A DNA stretch of 64,000 nt from Paraphysomonas bandaiensis (taxonomy: Eukaryota > Protista > Chrysophyceae), in NCBI GenBank assembly GCA_965644295.1, contig CBFFRP010000379.1:99585-163584 (forward strand), read 5' to 3'. Every line of letters starts with the position of its first letter. Position 1 is the stretch's first letter. Positions 26,679-38,564 of this stretch are shown piece after piece. Both the position numbers and the translations under genes were made by a program. Under the pieces are notes generated by a model. That model was not told the DNA's origin, ran no database searches, and saw only the letters and a program-made list of their open reading frames with translations.

Positions 26679-27348
26679 GGGACTGCGTAACAGCACTAGT
26701 GTCACCAAAGTCGAGCATCTGATAGATGAGCATGATGGTCTGTAGGAGATACTCGGACGTCCTCAGCTGCCCTTAGTGTCTGTGTTACTAAATATGAACA
26801 TATAGGTCACAATAAATACGGAATTGACTTTTTACTGAACGCAAAGATACTTGGTACTTGGTTATGCTGTGAAATATGTCTTCTATTTATAGAACTAGTC
26901 AAGTTTTATGCACACACTTCGCTTCCGTGTAGCATGACATATCATATGCACCAAGGCTAGAGAATACTATAGAAAATATATTCTAAGGAATAGAAACTAG
27001 TATATATATATATATATATTACTTTCTCTTGTATCATCCAACTCTCCCTCTATTTTGGTGTGACTTAGTATCAAAATATATGTAAAATAACATTTCCCAT
27101 TGAGAAAGAACTAAGCTGTGCTTCTGGTTTCTGTTATAATACTAGAACTCCATATATATTCTTGTTGGAGCATTCATGTGTTAAAAAAAAAGTAGTGACA
27201 TCAAGGCGACGAAAACATATCATTAGCACTTAAAGAAAACTGTACTGCAATGTTTCTTCGCAACTTCTTGCTAACTTGCAATTGACGCCGATTTCACGTC
27301 CTTTCTAAACAACCAACATCTAATTACATGTTTCGATGGTGGTCATAT

Positions 27349-27836
27349 TTAGGCAGCAGCTCTTGCTTTTTCGGCCTTGACATTCACATTGCACACAAAA
27401 TCGATGAGCATCTTCTCAACAGCTTCTTTGTTGGAGTTAAAGTCCTTGCTGAAATACACTTCCATCAGACAACAAATCATGTGTTGCATATATCTACTCA
27501 CGTCATATTTCTAATATCAGCTTCTGTGGACATTTGGAGCTCATTTCCAGCGGCACCGCTCGAGCCAGTGTGCTGTATGACAATATCATATGAATATATC
27601 CATAGTATAGTATACTACCGTAGCCAGAGCCTTCTGATAAACAGCTTCCATTTCCGCACGATAAGCAGCAATAATCTGCTCCGCTTCAACTTTTGCTTCT
27701 TTCATTCTTTCGACACGTGCTGATAGTTCATGATATCAATATACAAACAACCTCATCTATATGATATATATATACCTTTACGTGCATCTTGAACAAGTTG
27801 ACTTGCTTTTCTTTCTGCTTCCTTCAATTGATTCAT
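27349..27836 (-). CDS. ATP6V1G: V-type H+-ATPase subunit G (4 exons; not in the ORF track)
   Basis: Spliced translation MNQLKEAERKASQLVQDARK-ARVERMKEAKVEAEQIIAAYR...NSNKEAVEKMLIDFVCNV, matching the subunit G pattern. Confidence 0.88.
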
Positions 27837-28397
27837 GATAATAAATTCTTTATATCAAACTTGTGAATATGAATTGCTTGTGATGGAAATCTAATGAGTG
27901 TATTGCAATGAATGCATGTGTATGTGTATATATGCATATGTACGTATGTCTGCCTATATGTATCATGCAGCATATTGTTGGTGTATTTTTGGCATGTTTT
28001 CTTCAGCGTATCCTGAATAGTCAGAAAACTGAAATAATATAGAAGATAGGAGTTGTGTTGTCGTATATAGAAGAAACACACAGTCATCGAAAAACTACAG
28101 ATTTTAAGGAGATCCTTCCACTGAAAATCTTAAAACCTAGGAATTTCCACCCAAAGTATTCGTTTTTCAGAAAATAGTAACAGTTTTTCATATGAAAACC
28201 ACTTTTTCTAATCTTTTTTATAAAATTTCTATATTTTCATTATAAAATTCTATATTTTCATAATGTTATATATAAAATTCCTTTAAAATTATCGTCTTAT
28301 CGTATCACATCCATAATAATTTCTATGACCTGAACATACATACATAGATAGCTAGATAGCTAGCTTACTCCCATTAATCTCTTCTCCCTTACATCAG

Positions 28398-31300
28398 ATG
28401 GAAGAACCATATGATGATCCACCACCGGAATCTCCTCCACAGACAGTATGGAACACTGGTAATACCTACATACACATATATATACATACATACATAGAGA
28501 TAACTGTAACTATAACTTGTAGATGATACACACAGTGATATCGACTCATTTTTTAATGATTATATCGAATGTTATGATGAGTTAATATCTGAAGATTTTG
28601 ACCATGACTTGGGAACCCCTCCATATGATGAACCAGACGATGATATTAGTATATGTGAGGATTGGGATGAACCACCTCCTGATTGTATTCCATCATATCC
28701 TTCTACACCTCCATCAGATGATCCTCCATCAGATAATCTTCCATCTTTATCTGAGGATTGGGATGAACCTCCACCGGATTGTGATGATGAATGGATTGGA
28801 GTAGAAACATGTGAAGACTGGGACGAACCACCACCACCATCGCCTCAGGAATCACATGTGCTGAGTGATTACAAAGTTGAATCTACGAGTGATGCACCAG
28901 ATGCTAATATGCAAGGCTCTAGCTTGATGTCAGGTATACATATATACCTACGTTCTTATTTGGTCCTCTTATGCATGAGTCAGATGTCATGACACAGGCC
29001 AGTGCAGGCGTTGTTGACAGTTACTCTACGACTGGAGGCGTGTGGACAAAGCCTCAAAGTTCTTGTTCGCAATCCATTGGTGAGACTGTTTATCCATTTT
29101 TATGTAATGTTGTGCCTGAGCACACAGACGATTGCGGCACCGCTCCCATGACAGAATCCAATCCATGTGGCGACGTTGTCTTAGTTGATAGTGAGGCATG
29201 TGTGCCTATGAAAGAGCACCCAGTATATGGAAAGTACGTCAAGATGTTATCTGTGGGTCTTCCGAAAGGGGCTGTCAGAAATAAGATGATAGCAGATGGT
29301 GTGGATGTCTCATACCTAGATATGGATTCCAATAGTATGATACCACAAAGTGTGATAGCTCAGTCTATCAAAAGCGGTTCTAGTGATAGTGAGGCATGTG
29401 TGCCTATGAAAGAGCACCCAGTATATGGAAAGTACGTCAAGATGTTATCTGTGGGTCTTCCGAAAGGGGCTGTCAGAAATAAGATGATAGCAGATGGTGT
29501 GGATGTCTCATACCTAGATATGGATTCCAATAGTATGATACCAAAAAGTGTGATAGCTCAGTCTATCAAAAGCGGTTCTAGTGATAGTGAGGCATGTGTG
29601 CCTATGAAAGAGCACCCAGTATATGGAAAGTACGTCAAGATGTTATCTGTGGGTCTTCCGAAAGGGGCTGTCAGAAATAAGATGATAGCAGATGGTGTGG
29701 ATGTCTCATACCTAGATATGGATTCCAATAGTATGATACCAAAAAGTGTGATAGCTCAGTCTATCAAAAGCGGTTCTAGTGATAGTGAGGCATGTGTGCC
29801 TATGAAAGAGCACCCAGTATATGGAAAGTACGTCAAGATGTTATCTGTGGGTCTTCCGAAAGGGGCTGTCAGAAATAAGATGATAGCAGATGGTGTGGAT
29901 GTCTCATACCTAGATATGGATTCCAATAGTATGATACCAAAAAGTGTGATAGCTCAGTCTATCAAAAGCGGTTCTAGTGATAGTGAGGCATGTGTGCCTA
30001 TGAAAGAGCACCCAGTATATGGAAAGTACGTCAAGATGTTATCTGTGGGTCTTCCGAAAGGGGCTGTCAGAAATAAGATGATAGCAGATGGTGTGGATGT
30101 CTCATACCTAGATATGGATCCCGATAGCGTCGTGCCCTTGATACCGTCTATTCAACACACAAACGATAGCGCCACAAAGTCAAAGTCGTCACCACCTAAG
30201 GTACGACGAAAGAGTCTTCATATGACAAGCACAGTACAAGTTACTGAAGAAAGTGTATGGTGTGCTGCTGATGATGTTGATGTCGAGCTCGATGAGACTG
30301 AGCTGGAAAAGTTGTTTACAGAAAGGTGACCCGATTGTTTCTAATTGAAATAAGTAACCCCGTGATGTAGGATTCAGAGTAACAAGACAGTTAAAAAAAT
30401 TGCACAACCTTCGAAAGCTAAAACAGTGGCTCTCATTGACGGAAAGAGAAGTCAGAATGCCTGCATTGCATTAGCTCGATTGCGGGTTTCATTTGACGTG
30501 ATAAGAGATAGGTAACGCTATATTGTATGACTTGATGTGTAGGTTGTATTAGTATAACGACTTTGTTCTTTTAGGATAAGGGTACTGAACTACACGGCTT
30601 TCACTACTGATCAGTTAATTTCTTTGCTGGTAGTATACTGTTTTACATACTCAGTTTGCTTCTACTCACGTATGTGACAGGAGTTCTTGGCGTCAAGTGA
30701 AGAGCAGTCTATCCTTTCCCGTTACAAGGGCGAGGTGTCACACCTTGGGCCTGCTGAGCGCTATATGCTGTGTATGATGGGCCTGAAGAATGCCCGTGAG
30801 TGTATACAGTGTATGCTCTTTGCACACCAGCTTCCAGTAAGGATAGATGAGATTTTGAAGCAGGTCTTATGTTTAGAACAAGTTTGTGATGGTATTCTTT
30901 TGAGCAGTAAGTTGAGGAAGCTCTTGAAAGTATGCCTGAAAGTTTGCAATCAGTTGAATGGAGGAAAAGTGTTGAACGGTTTGAATGTAGAATCACTCGT
31001 GAAATTGCAGCAGGTGAAAGCGTTTGACCGAAAAACCACCGTCCTACGCTATATAATTAATCTTTTGGTGCGTCATGGAGAAGATGTGAATCTTTTACCA
31101 GACGTGAAAGGGCTGCAAGAGGCCTCTAAGATATCTATTGAAGCACTCGCCACTGAGAAGCAGTCCTTGCTCTCCACTTATCATAGTGTTGTCAACATTA
31201 TAGAAAACTTAACAGACGACGGATCTGGTGTCTCTGAGAGCACTGGAATTGGGTGTATGCAGATGTTTTTGTCAGCAGTAAGTAAAAATCATGGTGATAT

Positions 31301-31754
31301 GTAGTCGTAATTAGACTATAAGCTTTTTATGCAACTGTATCGCATATTACTCTATCGTTCTCTAATTTGTGTTGTTGCTCCTGGCGATGTTTCGAACTGT
31401 CAATACAATTAATAGTTGCGGTATACAGGCAGAAAGGGACACGAGTGAACTGAGTGTGCGTATAACAGGAATTAGAGATAAATACTTAAGAGTTCTTCAA
31501 TACTTCGGAGAGGATAGCAGTTTATCTAGCAGTGACTTTTTTTCCATGCTTCTTCAGTTTATTGAGGTATGGGCAGGCTACCTTGTCGAAATTTTTATTT
31601 TAATCCTATCATTGACAACATATTTTAGGCTTGCCAAACTGAAGCTATCGCGGCCGCAAAGTCGCTGCCGAGAGAAACTGATAACTCGAGAGCCAAATCC
31701 TTTGTAGATTCGCATCAACATAATGGCGGAAGGACAAATTCGGCCTATACATGA
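28398..31754 (+). CDS. Formin (FH2 domain) with an acidic/Pro-rich N-terminus and five CCDC53/WASHC3-like repeats; multi-exon
   Basis: FH2 motifs RRKSLH, SVW, LEKLF, LIDGKRSQNACIALARL, LGPAERY, KVCNQLN, SLVKLQQVK, KTTVLRY, YFGED, FF. Confidence 0.88.
29187..30119 (+). repeat. About 4.7 nearly identical 198-bp (66-aa) coding repeats
   Basis: KEHPVYGKYVKMLSVGLPKGAVRNKMIADGVD x5, resembling the CCDC53 C-terminal motif (DPxYxKYFKMLxxGVPxxAVxxKMxxEGxD). Confidence 0.92.
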
Positions 31755-32464
31755 AACAAAATCTTTATTTTAGTAAACGCTGTTACTGCTTGTATTGATT
31801 GGATCGTTGTGTTTTTATTGTCAAAGCTGGGGACTACTTGGTAGTTCTAAAGTGTACATAGTTCGAATATGTTTTAGAGGTTACATCATAAACGGTGAAA
31901 TAATTTGTAAAAGATGGATACTACTGCATGTCAATCGTCTGTTGAAGAACTCAAAAATTTCTGACTTCTTGATAGCATCCTAACCTAACACATAGCAGTT
32001 TCATTTGTACAAGCATAGACCACCTTCAGCCTCATCGTCCTAGAATGCAGAGAATACACTTCATAATTTATAAGAAATATCTTAGTGGTGTCGGTGTTAA
32101 TGTGGGAACGGCTGTGTTTACTTTCTGTGCTATAAATCAGAGTACCACAACTCTCAGAAGATGACCATTTATTTAATTTCTGCAATGGAAATTGCTCATA
32201 TTAAGCTAGATCACAGAGAGAATTTGTCGTAAGACTAGATAGATTTATGAATATCGTCTACACTCTACACGAAGTTGTGATAACCAACACTAACTCATTT
32301 TAATCCATGCATAATATCCTACATATGCGAACCTCTCGTTACTGAACATATCTTGAAAGATCAAACTATTTCAGTTTCTCAATATCATCACAGCATTTGT
32401 ACATCACTATATTTCACTGTATTCTCGTACATTGTCTTCAAGTGACATACTGAATATACTAGAA

Positions 32465-33590
32465 TATACTCTTGGTGACCTCGGCGCTGTCCAGAACACG
32501 CTCTGCAAAATCAGTTCCTTCAATCTCGTCCTCGTTATTTCTGTCGGATACACCAACCTCTATGGATGAATTCAGTTGCAAATGTCTAACTGTTCTTCTC
32601 TCATTGCCTGTCAACTCTCTTTCATCGTTCCCTTGAATTTTAGCCACTGCCTTCTCAAAATTTGCACTGGCAACAATGCTTGCATTAGGGGAAAGGTATG
32701 GATGCAATGCAGCTCTAGAAATTCTTGTAGCAGCATATCAAATAACTGGCGGGCTTGTTACAAATTGGTTCCATCTCTTCCGAACATACTTATTCACCAC
32801 AATAGAAAATGGTTCGTCGTTCATAACTATCCATTCCAGCCACCGAAATAAGTTCCTTGCAGCTGGAGATATTTTGTATCTTACAAAAGACAATAAATCG
32901 CCCCCGTGAAGTCTTTCACTTCCCAAAATTCTCTCGAGTTCCTCTCGTCAAGAAAAATCCGCATGTTTGGTGCCCTTCTTGGCTGTTGATTCACACAAGT
33001 CGCGTAACCTCGCTGTATATCTTGTTAAAGGAGATCATTGCACAACGAACAATAAGATACAGAGCACTGAGAGGATTCTCTGAAACCTCTCAGAAGAAGA
33101 CTCTGTAAATTACACTGCCATCAATTTTTTCGACCATCATCGTTGCTTAATATGCTGGATGTGGGATAGTATAAATACAGAGTTGTGTACTGTAGCTTCT
33201 TCCAACTGTGGGGAAAAATAGTGTTTTTTATGAATGTTTCTAGGTGAAATATGCATATTTTCAATGATTACTTTAGAGTTTTTGGGTATATGTACGTTGC
33301 TATTGATATCGCTCAGGACACTATTCTCCAACAGTTACTGTGGAATGCATTAAGAAGATAGTGAATAAGATTGCCACAGAGTGCCTGTAGAGTTGCATGA
33401 ACATTGTTGTCTAATATTCTTTAGAGATTCTTCGGAGTATAGAGGAGATACTATATTCTATTATCTTAATAACACTCAGTTCTTTATATAGCAGTACAGG
33501 TCATTAATGGTATTCCATTAATGACCCATTAATGGTAGTCCGGTTACCGGCAATTATAATGGCATTACCATTAATGGTTACCAGGCCCTG
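32465..33590 (-). mobile_element. hAT transposon remnant (second family), terminus ...GGTTACCAGGCCCTG
   Basis: Transposase fragments ARNLFRWLEWIVMNDEPFS and FEKAVAKIQ; homologous to 45090-47419. Confidence 0.8.
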
Positions 33591-33765
33591 ATAATTACAA
33601 ACCATTTAAATCACAAAGTAGATATCCACTCTTCTGAAATTTATTCGCATTAGCACATTAGAACCAAGTGTAAAACAAAATAAACGTTTTGGTAGATATT
33701 ATGGTGATATAATTTCACATTTATATTTACAGCAATTATGTTTGCAAGTCAGTGCCCAGGAAATA

Positions 33766-36700
33766 TCAGGCATCACGGATTTCGTACAAAACAGTTGCAT
33801 CTGTATCATGCTGATCGTTTATTGATGAGCTTGAAATAGCAAAATCTTCTTGTGATTCTTCAACATTTCCATCGATTGCGGTTGTGTCATATGTCAACAG
33901 ATCCACATTCGTAGTGGATTCATACCCACCTTCTGTTCTACCAGACTCTGCCACCAATTCGGCATATACAATATTTTCATCCATTAAGTGTAAGCACTCT
34001 GTTGCATATGGGACTGATGTGTTGTGAGTAACTGGAAGAGACTGTTGTTCCATTTGTGGCTGAGGTGAGTCAGTTTTCGGTGTAATTTCGTCAACATCAG
34101 AACAAGAATCGTTGCAGAATCTCATACCTGGAGTCGTCATTATATCAATCAACTACAAGTACAAGTCAGTCAACCATTCGTACAAAATTATATCAAAGAA
34201 ATTCGGACCTTTTTCCAAGAACATGGTGGCCTAGAGACAAGGAAAATTTCCATATTGTTTGCAAGTCTATCGACCTCAGAATCAACGAAAGATGCCAATG
34301 ACTTTTTGTCAGTTTCAGAGGCGGCAAAATCCATCAACGTCAGTTCCCTAATACCTTCCAGGGTAATACGAGGGCAATTGTCAATATATAACAAATCCGG
34401 GTCCACACTTTCTATCTTTTCAATTAGAATACTCAATTTCAGTATAGCTATATCATTTCCTTCAACGTCATCAATGATAGTCTGAATCTTTAAGTCGATG
34501 TTCTCGTAGTCGTGTAGTTTAAGTGCTACAAGGGCAAGTTGAACAAAACTTTCGTTCAGAAAATTTTCGCTCTTGAACACTGACACAACTCGTTCAGAAA
34601 AATGTTTAGCAGTGGTGAGAATAGTGCCATTTAACATTAGTTCATTAAACGGATTTAACCGTGAAAGCTGAAAGGAATCGACAACAAGGCGTCGCAGTGT
34701 TGTACTATCAGTCTTGGCTGTGAAAAATATTTTAAAAAATTTTTCATCGTCGTAGCTTTCAATAAGATTCACAATCATATCGTGGTTGTTCATACGAAGC
34801 GCTGTAGAGAGAGATTAAAAAGAAAAAAACTACAATTTTAGAAAACGTACCGACAGAGAATAGCCCATAAATGACATGCATCAGATGCATGCGGGAACGT
34901 TCCTTGCTGCGTCGGTTAATTTTGTCAGATGCTCGACGACTTGAGTACGAATGCACCGCCTCAGCAGCAGGGGCAGAGGGGTACGAAGGATATAACTCAT
35001 CTTTACTTATAAAGCTTGCATCGGTACCTTGGTATCCACGGTCAGTACTAATATTATACCCAATAACCACTTCATCAGTTCCACGCGAATATTCCATTTC
35101 GTTAGCAGAGAGGAGGAACACCATGTGGTCCTTAAATAGACCATTCAGAAGGTCAACGACTTTCCCTTTGGTATCATTATCAACACCTTGCAACCAATCA
35201 CTGAGGGTTTTGTGGTGCTGCAAAGGTCCCGGACGATTCGCTAGTTCCTCAAACCGCAAGCACAACTCAATCATGCGCATCATCTCAGTGTCAGCACGCC
35301 GCTGTTGGAGGAGGTACAACATAATATGCCCTGGAGCCTCAACAATACATTTTAAATTTCTGCGATTGAATTCACCATTATCCGTAAGTAGAATTTGGTA
35401 TAGCAAGTTAGTGAGCACTGTCGAAGAAAAGTATCCCAGTAGTCTGGAACTCTGGTGTATCTTTGCCTCTTCTAACAAGTATTTCACGAGGTCGTCCGTA
35501 ACGTCAGCTTCGCTTTCCAATATAGTCTCAACAGCCTCAGGTATCAATCTTCCGTGCTGTATAAAGCATCTATGACTCACTAGGAGAGAAACAAATGCTC
35601 TTTTCCGCTCTGCACTATCGCCGACAGTAAACTCGCGGTGTCTGTCAGCGGGTGTGAGCCTACGGATAATGCGCAGGGCAGATTCCCAATCTCCCAGAGC
35701 AGCAAAGTGATCACATATCATAAAGCGACAGTACAGAGTGTTTTCCACCATTAGACGAACATTCGACTCTGTGAATGCGACTTTCATGTGCAACCCCTGA
35801 TACCAGTCCTTTTCATTGTCAGAACCAAAATCCCACCCTTGGTGTCCACACATGAGCATCATTTCCGCTTTATTATCTGCCCACTCAAACCGATTGCTAG
35901 CTTTGAATAGCTCCGATAAGAGTTCAATGAATACAGAGCGCTTGATCGTTATCATACTGTTTCTTTCCAAAAGAAGTACAAAAATTCTGCATACCACATC
36001 CGAAGAAAGTAGTCGAAGTATCTTCACCATTACCAAAGAAACTTGTTCATCATCAGATCCTGGATTTAATGCAAAAAGACAATTCTTAAACTCGTCCATC
36101 ATGGCCTCATTTGATCTAGCACCAAAATAGGCATCCATCAGTGTCTTCTCTCCAATAGGATCACGCAGAAAGGCCTGAAAGATATCAATCACCATCGGCT
36201 TAGCAAATTCTACACCTGATGTAGAATATTTCCAGTGTTCAGGAAAGTAATTAGAATTAATTTCTTTGCAAATTGTATTATAAAAATCATGCATTAACTC
36301 TGTTTCTTTCTTTGCAAAGCGTAGAGTTATGGAAATGGGACAAAGAGGACATAGTTCCTCAGGACATGTTATACATATTTGACGCTTAGTAGCATCAAGT
36401 GTTGCATTAGTAATTGAAATTAATGGAATATAACCCCCATTTAATACTCCAATATTGTTAAGAGCTCTTTCTATAGCCATTTCATCAGTTCCTCTTAAGG
36501 ATAAACTCCCTATACACAATCTGTAGATTTAACATATAGAAGATTACGTAAACTCATATATACAGAAGTATGTACACGTACCCATTGGGGGTTATTACAA
36601 CCATTTTTTTTTCAAAACTATCACTTTTTATATTTTCATTTGAAGAAATCTCTGATTTTGTATATGTTATAACACTCTTGATTACACGCTTTAAATGATC

Positions 36701-36802
36701 TTTCTTTGGGGTATCAATGATCGGTTCAGTACATTGACATCCAGGTTCCACATTAACATGTTTTGATTTCTTTAATCCAAGTGATAAAAGTATCTTTGAC
36801 AT
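33766..36802 (-). CDS. Hypothetical protein, probably one 4-exon gene (~950 aa)
   Basis: Consecutive minus-strand ORFs (36802-36554, 36519-34759, 34793-34188, 34152-33766) separated by short GT-AG intron-like gaps; no family recognised. Confidence 0.7.
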
Positions 36803-37249
36803 CTTCTATATATGGATATTTATATAAGAAATTATGAGAAGTTAATATATGAGAATACCCGCTTCGATCATCTGATCACACACCACCACATCATCACACT
36901 TCGCTTTTCACTTCCTCAACAAAAAAAACTTTCTATATATATAGAAAAAAGAAAAATAGAAATTCTTTCTGTGGGAAGATACGTACAGTACACTGTACAT
37001 GTATGTATACACACGCTCTACACACAGCAGGAGAGTACATACATTTCCAGCAAAACAAAATCGACCTTTTCAATATATTAGTGAAATATAGTGGTCATTA
37101 AAAAACAGCATGCATCAAAAAAGCCTGGATATTTAGAAATCTATTTTTGTGGGAATATGATATATTGCTGTTGCTGAGTCAATTTTGTCCAGTGCAAAGA
37201 CAAAATAGCGATTTTTTTTTTTGAATTTCTGCTCTCTCTCGTATCTGTA

Positions 37250-37400
37250 TCCTTCGTATATTTTTGTTCAATAATGCCTCTAGTATTGAGACAACAATTA
37301 TCTGTATTCCAGCCGTAGTTATAGTTCAGTAATATAGAGAATTTTTGCCTCAATTTATTTCCGAAAAATAAGATGCTGCCTGCCGTGCCGATACGCTCTG
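37250..37400. repeat. Dispersed ~140-bp repeat, also at ~45765-45905 (inverted) and ~50705-50826
   Basis: Shared core TGCCTCTA.TATTGAGACAA.AATTATCTGTATT.C.GC.GTAGTT. Confidence 0.75.
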
Positions 37401-38564
37401 CTCGAATATACTGCAAAGCAAAGCATGAAGCATTGACACAAGTCACAAGTGACTGTGTAAAGTTGATAGCATAATATTTCATGTATTGCAAAATATTTCT
37501 ATTTTGTCTTTCAATGGATTTCTGGCTTTTTGTCCTCCTATAATTCTTGCCTGTTATAATAGCATAGTAAGGGAACGTTGGCACCTTTAGGGAGTTCATC
37601 ACCTACACATGGATCCATAGGCACTACTAAGAGGCTTTTACAAGGTTGATCAGCCTTATAAGAAGAGCAGTGTTCAACAGAGTCTACAGCAAGCTCTTGG
37701 CCTCGCACAGATGGAGATGCTTGCCCATAAGGAATAGGAAGTACGTCCTGGGAGCAGCGCAACTAGCAGCTTACTAGCTATTTACTGGGAGCTAATGGCT
37801 CCTACACTGCTATTTGTGAATATGGTGTTATAGTCACACAACATCAGTAACTGAATTTACTTCCTTTGTAACTATATTCACCCGTTACAACTAGTTAATA
37901 TCACCTCTAGTGCATACTATTAATTCACTTCAATTGCACATCATACTGCAAACTCAACAGATTCCTAACGCCTATTGCTAAATAAAATTACTTTCAATAT
38001 ACGTCTGCAATATAATATGATCATCTATCTAGTTTGACTATCATAAACTTCTCCTAAAACGATCTTAATTGTTTAAAAATGACCAACAGTCAATACTTGT
38101 TTAGTACCTATAGATAAAAATTTTAGTTCTTAATAGAGGTTCCTAATGTGATTATTATTAGGTACAATGAAAAAGGACCCACCTATAGGTGGTCCTACTT
38201 AATACTGGTATAGGTGATACCTATAGAGTTAAAATGTACCTATAGGTACCAGGAAGATTAAATTAATAAAGTACCTACTTTGAGGTACTTTTTCTGAGGT
38301 CCACCGATGCAAACCTTTTCCTTTCTGGTTTTTGCTTTATATATGTGATGCAATAACTGTGAACTGTGAGGATACATAGCACAGGTAGGCTGTCATCTTA
38401 AATGATAGATTTTTTCATAAATAGGGTAGGTTCTTGCCCACGTAGCCCACCATCATAAATATAGCCATATTATAAATAAATGCATATTATACTAATTATA
38501 TAGTTATTTTCGTGTTCTTTGTACTTTTAGAGGTTCGAAACTACAAAATCTTAACCCAGCGAAA

